Positions 8,680 to 20,088 are shown, numbered from the stretch's first letter. The stretch is DNA of 32,000 nt from Demequinaceae bacterium (GCA_965250005.1 OZ252279.1:1590001-1622000), one strand, 5' to 3'. Program-made: numbers and translations. The notes: generated by a model from the letters alone, not told the origin.

Positions 8680-10145
8680 TGCGCAGAGGCGACGGACGGC
8701 TCTCGCACGACCTTCTCCCAGGCGAAAAGGGTCCGCAGGATGCTTGCGGCGTTTTTGGTGTATTTGCCCCAGGCGAGGAGGTGGCCAAGCTCTCGTACTT
8801 CGGCCTGTACGCGCTCCAGCACCGCGGTCAAGAGAGCGCGGGCATTGCCACGTCGAACGGCGAGCAAATCTTGGTGTTCAAAGACATGGGGTTGGTGTCG
8901 CAGGTATTCGACGAGGGTGCACTCGACTCCCTTACCGGTCACATCGCCGTGGGTCACACGCGATATTCGACTTCCGGTTCGAGTGTCTGGGCAAATGCGC
9001 AGCCCACGCTCGGCCCCACCGCGCACGGCACCGTCGCTCTGGGCCACAACGGCAATTTGACCAACACTCAGGAACTGCTGGACTTGCTGGTTGAGCGCGA
9101 GGGTATGGCCAAGGGCATGGACCTCCAAGGAGGTAAAGGCACCGATACCGCCGTCGTGACCGCGCTGTTGGGTAGCGACGAACACGACACGCTTGCGGAG
9201 ACGGCCCTCGAACTGCTGCCGCACGTCAAGGGCGCGTTCTCGTTTGTGTTCATGGACGAACACGCGCTGTACGCTGCGCGAGATCAGTACGGAGTCCGGC
9301 CCCTTGTGCTGGGCGAGCTCGACACTGGTTGGGTGGTCGCGTCGGAGACCGCTGCGCTCGACATCGTTGGCGCGCGCTGGGTGCGCGAAGTCGAACCAGG
9401 AGAGCTGCTCATCATCGATGAGGAGGGCGTTCATTCCGAGCGCTTCGCAGAGGCCAACCCCAAGGGCTGCGTCTTTGAGTACGTGTACCTCGCGCGACCG
9501 GACACCACCATCGCTGGTCGCGGGGTGAACGCGGCGCGGCTCGCGATGGGCAAGACCCTCGCGCAAGAGCATCCTGTCGAGGCCGATTTGGTGGTACCGG
9601 TTCCGGAGTCGGGAACGCCAGCCGCGGTGGGTTACGCGCAGGAGTCCGGCATTCCCTTCGCGCAGGGATTCACCAAGAACTCGTACGTAGGCCGCACGTT
9701 CATTCAGCCGTCGCAGACGCTGCGGCAGCTGGGGATCCGACTCAAGCTCAACCCGCTCCGCGAGGTGATTGAAGGCAAGCGCCTCGTCATCGTTGACGAC
9801 ACCATCGTCAGAGGTAACACTCAGCGTGCAATCGTCCAGATGCTGCGCGACTCTGGGGCGGCCGAGGTTCACGTCCGAATCTCCGCCCCGCCGGTCCAGT
9901 GGCCGTGCTTTTACGGGATCGACTTCGCCACGCGCGAGGAACTCGCGGCTGTTGGCCACACGCTCGACGAGGTACGCGAACAAATCGGGGCTGACTCGCT
10001 CTCCCACATTTCTATTGAGGGCATGATCGCCGCGACCGAGCAGCCCGCGAAGAACCTGTGCACCGCGTGCTTCACGGGCGTTTACCCGATTGAGACTCCC
10101 GTCGATGCGCGGCACCTACTCGCGATTCAGCCGGTGCAGCCATGA
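8679..10145 (+). CDS. purF: Amidophosphoribosyltransferase
   Basis: DACGVFGVFAPGEEVAKLSYFGLYALQHRGQESAGIA, GHTRYSTSG, and PRPP-binding RLVIVDDTIVRGNTQ. GTG start overlaps the upstream stop by 1 nt. Confidence 0.97.
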   Translation: MRRGDGRLSHDLLPGEKGPQDACGVFGVFAPGEEVAKLSYFGLYALQHRGQESAGIATSNGEQILVFKDMGLVSQVFDEGALDSLTGHIAVGHTRYSTSGSSVWANAQPTLGPTAHGTVALGHNGNLTNTQELLDLLVEREGMAKGMDLQGGKGTDTAVVTALLGSDEHDTLAETALELLPHVKGAFSFVFMDEHALYAARDQYGVRPLVLGELDTGWVVASETAALDIVGARWVREVEPGELLIIDEEGVHSERFAEANPKGCVFEYVYLARPDTTIAGRGVNAARLAMGKTLAQEHPVEADLVVPVPESGTPAAVGYAQESGIPFAQGFTKNSYVGRTFIQPSQTLRQLGIRLKLNPLREVIEGKRLVIVDDTIVRGNTQRAIVQMLRDSGAAEVHVRISAPPVQWPCFYGIDFATREELAAVGHTLDEVREQIGADSLSHISIEGMIAATEQPAKNLCTACFTGVYPIETPVDARHLLAIQPVQP

Positions 10146-11248
10146 GCGATGAGGCGATCACCTACGCCGCCGCGGGCGTCGACACCGCTGCGGGCGACAA
10201 GGCTGTGGAGTTGATGAAGGCGGCCGTCGCGCGCACTCACGGGCCCGAGGTGCTCGGCGGTGTGGGCGCTTTTGCGGGCCTGTTCGATGCCTCCGCGCTT
10301 AAGGACTACCGCCGCCCGCTGCTCGCATCTTCCACGGACGGGGTAGGAACCAAGATCACCATTGCGCAGGCCATGGGCGTGCACGACACCATCGGCCAGG
10401 ACCTTGTCGCGATGGTCGTGGACGACATCGTGGTCACCGGCGCCAAGCCGCTGGTGATGACGGACTACATCGCTTGCGGCAAGGTGATCCCGGAGCGAAT
10501 AGCGGACATCGTGCGCGGCATAGCGCTCGGCTGCGAGATGGCGGACACGGCGCTAGTGGGAGGCGAGACAGCGGAGCACCCCGGCGTAATGGGCGAGGAC
10601 GACTATGACGTCGCAGGCGCCGCGATCGGCGTCGTTGAGGCTGACGCCCTGCTCGGCCCCGACCGCGTCAAGACCGGCGACGCCGTGGTCGCGATGGCAT
10701 CGTCTGGACTGCATTCAAACGGATACTCACTGGTGCGTCGGGTGGTTAAGCGCGCAGGCTGGGGGCTCGAGGATGAGGTTCCCGATCTTGGACGCGCACT
10801 TGGCGCCGAGCTTCTTGAGCCCACCCGCATCTACGCGCGGCTGTGCATGCAAATCGCGGGCGGAATCGACGGCATCCGCGCGTTCTCCCACGTCACCGGC
10901 GGTGGGCTCGCGGCGAACCTCGCGCGGGTTATTCCGGTGGGCTTGGCTGCAACGGTGACGCGCGACGGATGGGAAGTCCCGGCTGTGTTCCACGTAGTTC
11001 AGGGCGCGGGCGCTGTCCCGTGGAATGATCTCGAGTCCACCCTCAATCTAGGCGTTGGCATGGTGGCCGTCGTCGCGCCAGATGCGGTGGATGACTTGAT
11101 CGACCTGTGCGAAAAGCAGGGCGTGCGCGCGTGGGGGCTGGGTGAGATCGTTGCTGACGACGCGCGCGCCGAATCGCCCGACGTGATCCGAGGGTCGAAG
11201 GGCGTGGATGGCGGAGCCGTCTACCTCACCGGCGCGTACCGCAGTTAG
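10142..11248 (+). CDS. purM: Phosphoribosylformylglycinamidine cyclo-ligase
   Basis: TYAAAGVDTAAGDKAVELMK, LLASSTDGVGTKITIAQ, FSHVTGGGLAANLARV; 4-nt ATGA overlap with purF. Confidence 0.97.
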   Translation: MSDEAITYAAAGVDTAAGDKAVELMKAAVARTHGPEVLGGVGAFAGLFDASALKDYRRPLLASSTDGVGTKITIAQAMGVHDTIGQDLVAMVVDDIVVTGAKPLVMTDYIACGKVIPERIADIVRGIALGCEMADTALVGGETAEHPGVMGEDDYDVAGAAIGVVEADALLGPDRVKTGDAVVAMASSGLHSNGYSLVRRVVKRAGWGLEDEVPDLGRALGAELLEPTRIYARLCMQIAGGIDGIRAFSHVTGGGLAANLARVIPVGLAATVTRDGWEVPAVFHVVQGAGAVPWNDLESTLNLGVGMVAVVAPDAVDDLIDLCEKQGVRAWGLGEIVADDARAESPDVIRGSKGVDGGAVYLTGAYRS

Positions 11249-11257
11249 CCGGCGGAA

Positions 11258-11455
11258 CTAGATTTTGTCGCCCCACGGGTCGTAGCGATCTTCCTCGACC
11301 TCGTCGTTGTTCGGCGCACTCGATTTCTGCGGTGCACCGGCTGCCTCGCCGGACACGAGCTCGCGCTCGAGTGCCGCTAGGTCCGATTCGGGTGACGAAT
11401 ATTTCAGTTGACGCGCAATCTTTGCGTCTTTGGCTTTCTGACGGCCGCGCCCCAT
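11258..11455 (-). CDS. DUF3073 family small protein
   Basis: MGRGRQKAKDAKIARQLKYSSPESDLAALERELVSG...YDPWGDKI. This is the conserved actinobacterial protein found convergent to purM. Confidence 0.9.
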   Translation of the reverse strand: MGRGRQKAKDAKIARQLKYSSPESDLAALERELVSGEAAGAPQKSSAPNNDEVEEDRYDPWGDKI

Positions 11456-11673
11456 GACGCCGTCCCTTCTCGCTACGGAGGGACACGTGAGACGGTCCCT
11501 GATTAAGAGTCCACTCCCGCACTTTACAACGCTGGGCGCCCTGTGAGCGAATCCTTCGCCGATAGAAGAAATCGGAAATATGGCGAAACCGCGTCATAAT
11601 CGGAGCATTGGGTCGTCCCATATATGTAATGAGCATCTGTCCGGACGTTCACCAACCTGAGGGATTGAGTACG

Positions 11674-11880
11674 ATGACGCACCAGTTTCCGGAGCCGGAG
11701 AAACTCCTAACGCCGAGCGAGGTTGCGGCGATCTTCCGTGTTGACCCTAAGACGGTTACACGGTGGGCAAAAGTGGGCAAGTTGTCATCCATCCGCACGT
11801 TGGGTGGGCACCGTCGCTTCCGCGAGGAGGAAGTCCGACTCTTGCTTGCCGAGGCCCAGGAAGAACGCCTCACGTCCTAA
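11674..11880 (+). CDS. bldC: BldC-like MerR-type DNA-binding developmental regulator
   Basis: EKLLTPSEVAAIFRVDPKTVTRWAKVGKLSSIRTLGGHRRFREEEVRLLL. Start taken at ATG 11674 rather than 11608. Confidence 0.93.
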   Translation: MTHQFPEPEKLLTPSEVAAIFRVDPKTVTRWAKVGKLSSIRTLGGHRRFREEEVRLLLAEAQEERLTS

Positions 11881-11934
11881 CGACGTTTTCACGCTGACAG
11901 CTCCGCCGTCGGAGACGGAGCGTACGCTGGACGA

Positions 11935-12474
11935 ATGTCCATAGCCCCCGCGCCCCTTATCGCCACCGCCGTGACCACGCCGTTCGGCGTGGTCTCCCTT
12001 CTAGCGTCAGTTGATGACGGCGTAGTCCACGCCTCCGGTTTCGGCCAGATCGCCGAGATCGCCGCCAGGCTCCCTCGCGGAATGACCAGCGCGGGCTGGC
12101 TCTCAGGAGACCACCCCGACGCCGCAGATGCCCTCGAAGCTTGGTCGTCCGGCATTGTCGACGCCCTCGCCGCGGTCCCGTACAGCCAGGACGGCGGACC
12201 CTTCATGCAGAAGGCATGGGAGGCCATCCACCAGATCCCAGGCGGTCAGGTGATGTCTTACGGAGAGATCGCCATTCGCGCGGGATCCCCCAAAGCCATG
12301 CGCGCGGCGGGCCAGGCTTGCGCGCGCAATAACCTGGCTCCGTTCGTACCATGCCATCGCGTGGTCGCCGCCAGTGGAATCGGCGAGTACGGTGTCGGAA
12401 ACTATGCGTACGGCGTTGACCTCAAGCGCGAAATGCTCCTGCACGAAGGTGTGGACGCGAGCTTCCTCAGGTGA
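11935..12474 (+). CDS. ogt: Methylated-DNA--[protein]-cysteine S-methyltransferase (MGMT)
   Basis: FMQKAWEAIHQIPGGQVMSYGEIAIRAGSPKAMRAAGQACARNNLAPFVPCHRVVAASG contains the PCHRV active-site motif. Confidence 0.93.
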   Translation: MSIAPAPLIATAVTTPFGVVSLLASVDDGVVHASGFGQIAEIAARLPRGMTSAGWLSGDHPDAADALEAWSSGIVDALAAVPYSQDGGPFMQKAWEAIHQIPGGQVMSYGEIAIRAGSPKAMRAAGQACARNNLAPFVPCHRVVAASGIGEYGVGNYAYGVDLKREMLLHEGVDASFLR

Positions 12475-13394
12475 GCGCGCCTGCGCCGTCCGACGTCAGC
12501 GTCGGCACCTGGATTACGCCGTTCTTGATTGCCGCGATCGCGTGGGGGTCCAGTTTCCTTTTCATCAACCTCGCTTTGCGGGAGTTCGAACCCAGCCAGG
12601 TCGCATTCGGCCGCGTGGCGGTGGGCGGGCTCGTGCTGGCGGCGATGCTGATCGCATCGCGCCACATGCCGCGGTTCACGTGGAAGCAGGTCGGGAGCAT
12701 CGCGCTCGTGGCCATTGGGCTGTCGGGGGCGCCGTTCGTGTTGATCCCCGCCGCACAGCAGCACATCACATCTATCCTCGCGAGCCTGCTCAACGCCACC
12801 GTCCCGCTCTGGACGGCGCTATTCGTGGCGCTGCTCATCCCCAAGGAGCGCGCCAACCGCATGCAATGGGCCGGCCTGCTGCTCGGAGTGGTGGGCATTG
12901 CAGTGTTGCTCGGAGCGTGGGACGTCGAAGGCTTCCCCGTCTGGGGCGCGATACTCATGCTCTCGGCAACGGCGTTCTACGGAATCGGATCGACGCTGTC
13001 GCGCATGCTACTGGCCAAGGTCAAGCAATCACCCACGGCGTTGTCTGGGATGCAGATAGGCTTGTCGGCGTTGATGCTGCTCCCATTCGCGCTCATCGCG
13101 CCAGCGCCCGGAGAGGGCGCGTACAACCTGAACTCCGTAGCCATGTGGTCGATGATCCTGCTCGGGGTACTCGGAACGAGTTTCGCGTACGTGATGTTTT
13201 GGCGAGTGGTGGCAATCGCGGGCGCGACCACCGCGGCGAGCGTGACCTACATCGTGCCCATCGTGGCGACCATCTTGGGAATCGTGGTGCTCGGGGAGCA
13301 ATTGCTCTGGCACGAACCTGTGGGCGCGGTGATTGTGTTCGGAGGCGTGTGGTTGTCTCAGCAGAAGGCGAAGAATCAGCAGCCCGCTAACTGA
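12471..13394 (+). CDS. DMT superfamily (EamA) transporter
   Basis: About 10 hydrophobic segments; IAAIAWGSSFLFINLALREFEPSQVAFGRV near the N-terminus and SVTYIVPIVATILGIVVLGEQLLWHEPVGAVIVFGGVWL in the second EamA repeat; GTGA overlap with the upstream gene. Confidence 0.92.
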   Translation: MSAPAPSDVSVGTWITPFLIAAIAWGSSFLFINLALREFEPSQVAFGRVAVGGLVLAAMLIASRHMPRFTWKQVGSIALVAIGLSGAPFVLIPAAQQHITSILASLLNATVPLWTALFVALLIPKERANRMQWAGLLLGVVGIAVLLGAWDVEGFPVWGAILMLSATAFYGIGSTLSRMLLAKVKQSPTALSGMQIGLSALMLLPFALIAPAPGEGAYNLNSVAMWSMILLGVLGTSFAYVMFWRVVAIAGATTAASVTYIVPIVATILGIVVLGEQLLWHEPVGAVIVFGGVWLSQQKAKNQQPAN

Positions 13395-13402
13395 GGGTGC
13401 GG

Positions 13403-13786
13403 CTAGTCGAAATACTTGCTGGCGGCGTTGTACGCGCTGACCGCGCGCTCGGGGCGCAGGTCCTTGTTCCTCTTGATCTTGACTGCGCCGGTGGCCATGA
13501 TGATCAAGGCGATCACGAGGACGCCGCCGCCAACAACCAGCGCGGCCTGCCAGAGCGGCCAGATGGTGGTGAGGCCGGCGACACCTGCGATGATCAGCAG
13601 GGTGATGGAGACAAAAAACAGGCCCATGGCGAACGCCACTAGGCCAGTGCCGGCGGCGAGCCCTTTGAGCTTCTTGGTGAATTCATCTTTGGCGACCTCA
13701 AGCTCGGCCCGGAACATCGCCGTGGCCTGCGAAAACAGCGCGGTGAGGATTGCTCCCACGCCGAACTTGCTAAATAACTTGTCCAC
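13403..13786 (-). CDS. Phage-holin-family / actinobacterial holin-X-like (DUF1469-type) membrane protein
   Basis: AMFRAELEVAKDEFTKKLKGLAAGTGLVAFAMGLFFVSITLLIIAGVAGLTTIWPLWQAALVVGGGVLVIALIIMATG: an amphipathic segment followed by two TM segments. Confidence 0.7.
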   Translation of the reverse strand: MDKLFSKFGVGAILTALFSQATAMFRAELEVAKDEFTKKLKGLAAGTGLVAFAMGLFFVSITLLIIAGVAGLTTIWPLWQAALVVGGGVLVIALIIMATGAVKIKRNKDLRPERAVSAYNAASKYFD

Positions 13787-13880
13787 GGTGTCTCCTCAAA
13801 CGGGCCGGTACCCCTAGTCAACCCCTTATCGGCGCGTCGGCGCAAATGCCCAAGCGTTTTGGAGTTTCGCCCTTAGCAAC

Positions 13881-13905
13881 ACAAAAGCCCCGCCGGGGCG
13901 GGGCT
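13881..13905 (-). terminator. Rho-independent terminator downstream of tRNA-Phe
   Basis: Minus strand reads AGCCCCGCC CC GGCGGGGCT TTTGT: 9-bp stem, 2-nt loop and a T run, ending just after the tRNA. Confidence 0.8.
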
Positions 13906-13911
13906 GCCGTG

Positions 13912-13984
13912 TGGCCAGACCCGGTCTCGAACCGGGGACCTTTCGATTTTCAGTCGAACGCTCTACCAACTGAGCTATCTGGCC
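13912..13984 (-). tRNA. tRNA-Phe (anticodon GAA)
   Basis: GGCCAGATAGCTCAGTTGGTAGAGCGTTCGACTGAAAATCGAAAGGTCCCCGGTTCGAGACCGGGTCTGGCCA folds as a full cloverleaf; 7-bp acceptor stem. Confidence 0.97.
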
Positions 13985-14027
13985 TGGTGACAACGCTCGG
14001 TCCACGAGGGACCGGGCGCGCCATCCG

Positions 14028-14101
14028 CGACCCTGACGGGACTTGAACCCGCGACCTCCGCCGTGACAGGGCGGCGCGCTAACCAACTGCGCTACAGGGC
14101 C
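14028..14101 (-). tRNA. tRNA-Asp (anticodon GTC)
   Basis: GGCCCTGTAGCGCAGTTGGTTAGCGCGCCGCCCTGTCACGGCGGAGGTCGCGGGTTCAAGTCCCGTCAGGGTCG. Confidence 0.96.
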
Positions 14102-14183
14102 TAGCGGTGCTTAGAGCACCCCTTACTGTAATGGTTCCTGACGAGTCAGTCACCACCTTTTCTGTACCCCAGCAGGGTACTCG

Positions 14184-14256
14184 TACCCCCAACGGGATTC
14201 GAACCCGTGCTACCGCCGTGAAAGGGCGGCGTCCTAGGCCGCTAGACGATAGGGGC
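14184..14256 (-). tRNA. tRNA-Glu (anticodon TTC)
   Basis: GCCCCTATCGTCTAGCGGCCTAGGACGCCGCCCTTTCACGGCGGTAGCACGGGTTCGAATCCCGTTGGGGGTA. Confidence 0.96.
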
Positions 14257-14345
14257 TCCGTAGCGCCGTAGCGCCTTGGACCCCGAAATTGTACGGGTTG
14301 GGGTGTGCTTTCACCAACTTTCGCGGTGAGCGGCAGAATGGGCGC

Positions 14346-14699
14346 ATGGTTCAGATGACCCGTGAGGAATTCGAAGACGCAGTCTCGGACGCGCTGGATG
14401 CGGTCCCAGAGCGGCTCGCAGCCATGATGGACAACGTCGTGGTGCTCGTTGAGGACGACGCCCCCGACGACGATCCAGACCTGCTCGGGCTCTACGACGG
14501 CATCGCTCTGACGGACCGCGGTAGCGACTGGGGCGCGGGCGAGTTACCCGACCGCATTTTCATTTTCAGGAACCCCACGCTGCGGGTGTGCGACGACGCG
14601 GCTCACGTGCGCGAGGAAGTCGCGGTGACCGTGGTTCACGAGATTGCGCATCATTTCGGCATCGACGATGACAGGCTCCACGAACTCGGGTGGGGGTAG
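14346..14699 (+). CDS. Minimal zincin-type metallopeptidase family protein (PF06262-like)
   Basis: MTREEFEDAVSDALDAVPERLAAMMDNVVVLVEDD...LFGLYDG-type region, with HEIAHHFGIDDDRLHELGWG (HExxH). Start taken at ATG 14346. Confidence 0.88.
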   Translation: MVQMTREEFEDAVSDALDAVPERLAAMMDNVVVLVEDDAPDDDPDLLGLYDGIALTDRGSDWGAGELPDRIFIFRNPTLRVCDDAAHVREEVAVTVVHEIAHHFGIDDDRLHELGWG

Positions 14700-14783
14700 C
14701 GAGTCGAAGCGCTTCGGTATTTGAGGGCACTCCTCGTGATCGTCGCCGAATGCGAAGCCTCGATTCTCGACCACACCGAGTGG

Positions 14784-17265
<2,482 letters not shown>

Positions 17266-17652
17266 TGAGTGCTCCTTTGCACGTATGCGATGCTGCCGAC
17301 CGCTTGCGCGCCGGCTCCTTGCAATGTAGTTCGCAGCGACGCCTTTGCTGCGGATGAATCTCGCGTCTGCGGGCGGTAGAGCCTGGGGTGCGCTGCGCAC
17401 GCAGAAGCGTCGCCGTCGCCGCCACGTGCGCGGCTGCGACGTCAGCCACATGAATGTAGTTGCGCACATTCGTGCCGTCCGGGCTGTCGTAGTCGTCTCC
17501 ATTGATCTGGCCGCGGATGCTGACAGAATCGTTTTGAGGATGAGGCGTTTGGCCTGGCTACTGTTAGCGGCGTGAACTCCGCGTCGTCGCGAGCGCGACA
17601 ATCCTCTAGAGTGGGGCGGAATCATCGCCCGATACGCCCGAAGGGAGCCACC

Positions 17653-18234
17653 GTGAGTGTGATCGACAGACTTCTCAAGCACAACAAGACGTATGCCGCG
17701 CAGTACACGCCGGACCTCCCCCTGCCGCCACAGCTCAAGCTCGCGGTGGTGACCTGCATGGATTCGCGCCTTGACACCTTCGCGGGCTTGGGCCTTGACC
17801 TCGGAGACGCGCACATCATCCGCAATGCCGGCGGAGTGGTGACAGACGACGTCATTCGCTCGCTCGTGATCTCACAGCGGAAGCTCGGCACCCGCGAGAT
17901 AGTCCTCATGCACCACACAAATTGCGGCGCGCTGACATTCACCGACGACGAACTCAGGGACCAGTTGTTCGACGAGACGGGCCTCAAGCCTTCTTGGTCC
18001 CCAGAGTCATTCAAAGATCTCGACGCCGATCTGCGGCAGTCGATCGAGCGAGTTCGTTCGGACCCGTTCCTTCCTCACCGCGACAGCGTCCGGGGATTCG
18101 TCTTTGACGTGCATACCGGCGAGCTTCGTGAGGTCACCACGGCCGGATCGGGTGCTCGAAATCTGGCAGTTGGCGACCAGACTCAAGGCAGCCTGGTGGC
18201 TCATGTCAAGGACTGGTTCCGCGCCCGGAAATAG
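17653..18234 (+). CDS. Beta-carbonic anhydrase
   Basis: VVTCMDSRLDTFAGLGLDLGDAHIIRNAGG and IVLMHHTNCGALTF contain the Zn-ligand motifs. GTG start at 17653 with upstream GGGAG. Confidence 0.93.
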   Translation: MSVIDRLLKHNKTYAAQYTPDLPLPPQLKLAVVTCMDSRLDTFAGLGLDLGDAHIIRNAGGVVTDDVIRSLVISQRKLGTREIVLMHHTNCGALTFTDDELRDQLFDETGLKPSWSPESFKDLDADLRQSIERVRSDPFLPHRDSVRGFVFDVHTGELREVTTAGSGARNLAVGDQTQGSLVAHVKDWFRARK

Positions 18235-18321
18235 TCCGCTTCCGGCTGATAACCCCCTTGCGGGCGCCCAAATGGTGTCTAATAGGGGGCTGTAGGAACT
18301 CGTAATCTAAGGAGCACCACC

Positions 18322-18594
18322 ATGTGGGGCAGTTTTTTCAAGGCCATCTTCAAGCGCGAGCACGTGTTGTCGCCGTGGACGTGGATCGTTTCAATCTTCA
18401 CTGTCGTGTACACGATTTCGCCGATCGACGCCGTCCCCGAGCTCTTCGTCGGGCCGCTGGGGTATCTCGATGACCTCGGACTGTGGGGCGTCCTCACGGC
18501 CGTGATGCGCTGGGAGCTCGGTCGCTTTCAAGCCGAGCTCGCGGCCAAGGCTGTTACCCCGCAGTCGTCGCCCAAGACCACGCGCGAATCCTGA
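18322..18594 (+). CDS. DUF1232/YkvA-like small membrane-associated protein
   Basis: SPWTWIVSIFTVVYTISPIDAVPELFVGPLGYLDDLGLWGVLTAVMRWE contains the YTISPID...DDLG signature; AAGGAG RBS. Confidence 0.85.
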   Translation: MWGSFFKAIFKREHVLSPWTWIVSIFTVVYTISPIDAVPELFVGPLGYLDDLGLWGVLTAVMRWELGRFQAELAAKAVTPQSSPKTTRES

Positions 18595-18686
18595 CACCTC
18601 CCGGGCCCGGCTCGGAATAGGCTGACGGGAGGGCAGCGTTGCCCTTGCACCGGCGCGGCAACAAGGTCACGCCAAGAGAGGCGACC

Positions 18687-19433
18687 ATGGCCGATGCCCC
18701 CGCGACTGACACGTCCGACCACGACTTCTCCCACCTGAAGGCGTGCTTCGTCAATTGCACTCTCAAGCCTTCGCCAACGCTTTCTCACACGCAGGGCTTG
18801 ATGGACCGGTCGAAGCACATCATGGCCGCACGCGGCGTTCAGATCGACGAGTTCCGAGCGGTGGACTACGACATCGCGCCGGGCGTATACCCCGATATGA
18901 CGGAGGACGTGGTTGGCGGGAACCAGAAATCAGACGATTGGCCTGCGCTTGGCAAGCGGATCCTCGACGCCGACATCCTGGTACTGGGTACGCCCATCTG
19001 GTTGGGCGAGAAGTCTTCCGTGGCAACGCAGGTAATCGAGCGTCTCTACGGCCTCAGCGGTGGCCTGAACGACCGCGGCCAGTACTTCTATTACGGCCGC
19101 ACCGCTGGCGTCCTCACCACGGGCAACGAAGACGGCTCCAAGCACATTTCTATGAACGTGCTGTACTCGCTTCAGCACCTTGGCTACGCCATCCCGCCCA
19201 ACGCCGACGCAGGGTGGATTGGCGAGGCGGGCCCGGGCCCGTCCTACCTGGACGAGGGCAGCGGCGCGCTCGAAAACGAGTTCACGCAGCGCAACACGAC
19301 CTTCATGGCGTGGAATCTCATGCACATGGCGTCGATGCTCAGAGCGGCAGGCGGGTTTCCCGCCGGAGGCAATTCACGCGCGGACTGGGATACCGGGGCG
19401 CGCTTCGATCACCCGAACCCCGAGTACCGCTAG
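18687..19433 (+). CDS. NAD(P)H-dependent oxidoreductase / NADPH-dependent FMN reductase, flavodoxin-like fold
   Basis: LKACFVNCTLKPSPTLSHTQGLMDRSKHIM...DADILVLGTPIWLGEKSSVATQVIERLYG...YYGRTAGVLTTGNEDGSKHI. Confidence 0.87.
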   Translation: MADAPATDTSDHDFSHLKACFVNCTLKPSPTLSHTQGLMDRSKHIMAARGVQIDEFRAVDYDIAPGVYPDMTEDVVGGNQKSDDWPALGKRILDADILVLGTPIWLGEKSSVATQVIERLYGLSGGLNDRGQYFYYGRTAGVLTTGNEDGSKHISMNVLYSLQHLGYAIPPNADAGWIGEAGPGPSYLDEGSGALENEFTQRNTTFMAWNLMHMASMLRAAGGFPAGGNSRADWDTGARFDHPNPEYR

Positions 19434-19439
19434 CGGCGC

Positions 19440-19871
19440 CTACTCGACGCCCAGTTCCACCTTGACTTGGTCGAACGTCTCGACCACGAGTGCGGTTCCG
19501 TCGCATAGTTGATCTTTGAGTTCCTCGGCGTCTGCGATCGACACGTCTCCAGACGTCACTCCGCCGGTCAGGTCGGATAGTCGTTCGAGCAGGTCCTCGG
19601 CGTCGTCGGTGGCCTCTTGCATCAGCGCGGCGATGCGCGCCTTCTCAGTATCGTTGAGGTCGTTGAGCGCGTCCTGCATTTCGCTACCGGCTAGGTCAAT
19701 GGCGATCCCGGCGAGTGGAGTGGCGCATCTGGTCGCGTCGGCGACGATGCTGAAAGCCTCGCCAGACTCGTCGAGTTTGTCCTTGGCGTCGTCGATGACG
19801 GAGCATCCGCCGAGGGCGATGGCGGCGATCATGGCGGCTCCGACGGCGTTCGCAATGGTGGCGGTCTTCAT
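19440..19871 (-). CDS. Hypothetical small lipoprotein
   Basis: Signal MKTATIANAVGAAMIAAIALGGC with lipobox LGGC; helical mature part; AGGAGAG RBS upstream. Confidence 0.72.
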   Translation of the reverse strand: MKTATIANAVGAAMIAAIALGGCSVIDDAKDKLDESGEAFSIVADATRCATPLAGIAIDLAGSEMQDALNDLNDTEKARIAALMQEATDDAEDLLERLSDLTGGVTSGDVSIADAEELKDQLCDGTALVVETFDQVKVELGVE

Positions 19872-19884
19872 GGCTCTCTCCTGA

Positions 19885-19950
19885 TGTGGCTGTGGCTGTG
19901 GCTGTGGCTGTGGCTGTGGCTGTGGCTGTGGCTGTGGCTGCGGCTGCGGC
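19885..19950. repeat. Hexanucleotide repeat: (TGTGGC)9 followed by (TGCGGC)2
   Basis: Read directly: 19885-19938 is 9 perfect units and 19939-19950 is 2 variant units. On the lipoprotein coding strand the unit is GCCACA. Confidence 0.95.
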
Positions 19951-20088
19951 CCGCGCGGTCGCCAGCCCCAGCAGCCTTGGCTTTCACTCGTACTTTAGTC
20001 CTCGGGGAAGCTTGACTCGCGATATCGACGTTTTGGCGGCTCGCGTTTTCGACGGGACACTGCTTGGTGGAACACCTAGTGTGGCGAT

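Noticed and set aside
8342-8788. Minus-strand ORF with Ser/Arg repeats (SSRRA)n
   Set aside because: Third-frame read-through of the same minisatellite in high-GC DNA, with no domain support.
8676-10115. 479-aa minus-strand ORF opposite purF
   Set aside because: Antisense to a confidently assigned purF; long shadow ORFs are expected in high-GC coding DNA.
13403-13786. Holin-like protein as evidence of prophage
   Set aside because: This type of two-TM protein is a common chromosomal gene in actinobacteria; no other phage genes are present.
13912-14256. tRNA cluster as integration site for a mobile element
   Set aside because: No integrase, direct att-like duplication or phage gene nearby; the tRNAs are complete and flanked by ordinary genes.
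17266-17814. N-terminal extension of the 634-aa ORF upstream of the uracil permease
   Set aside because: Low-complexity Arg/Ser-rich sequence, unlike any permease N-terminus; MSRFSWTL at 17265 is the natural start and the upstream part overlaps the carbonic anhydrase.
18253-18289. CCCCCT...AGGGGG inverted repeat before the DUF1232-like gene
   Set aside because: Only 6-bp arms with a 25-nt loop and no T run; weak in GC-rich DNA, possibly chance.
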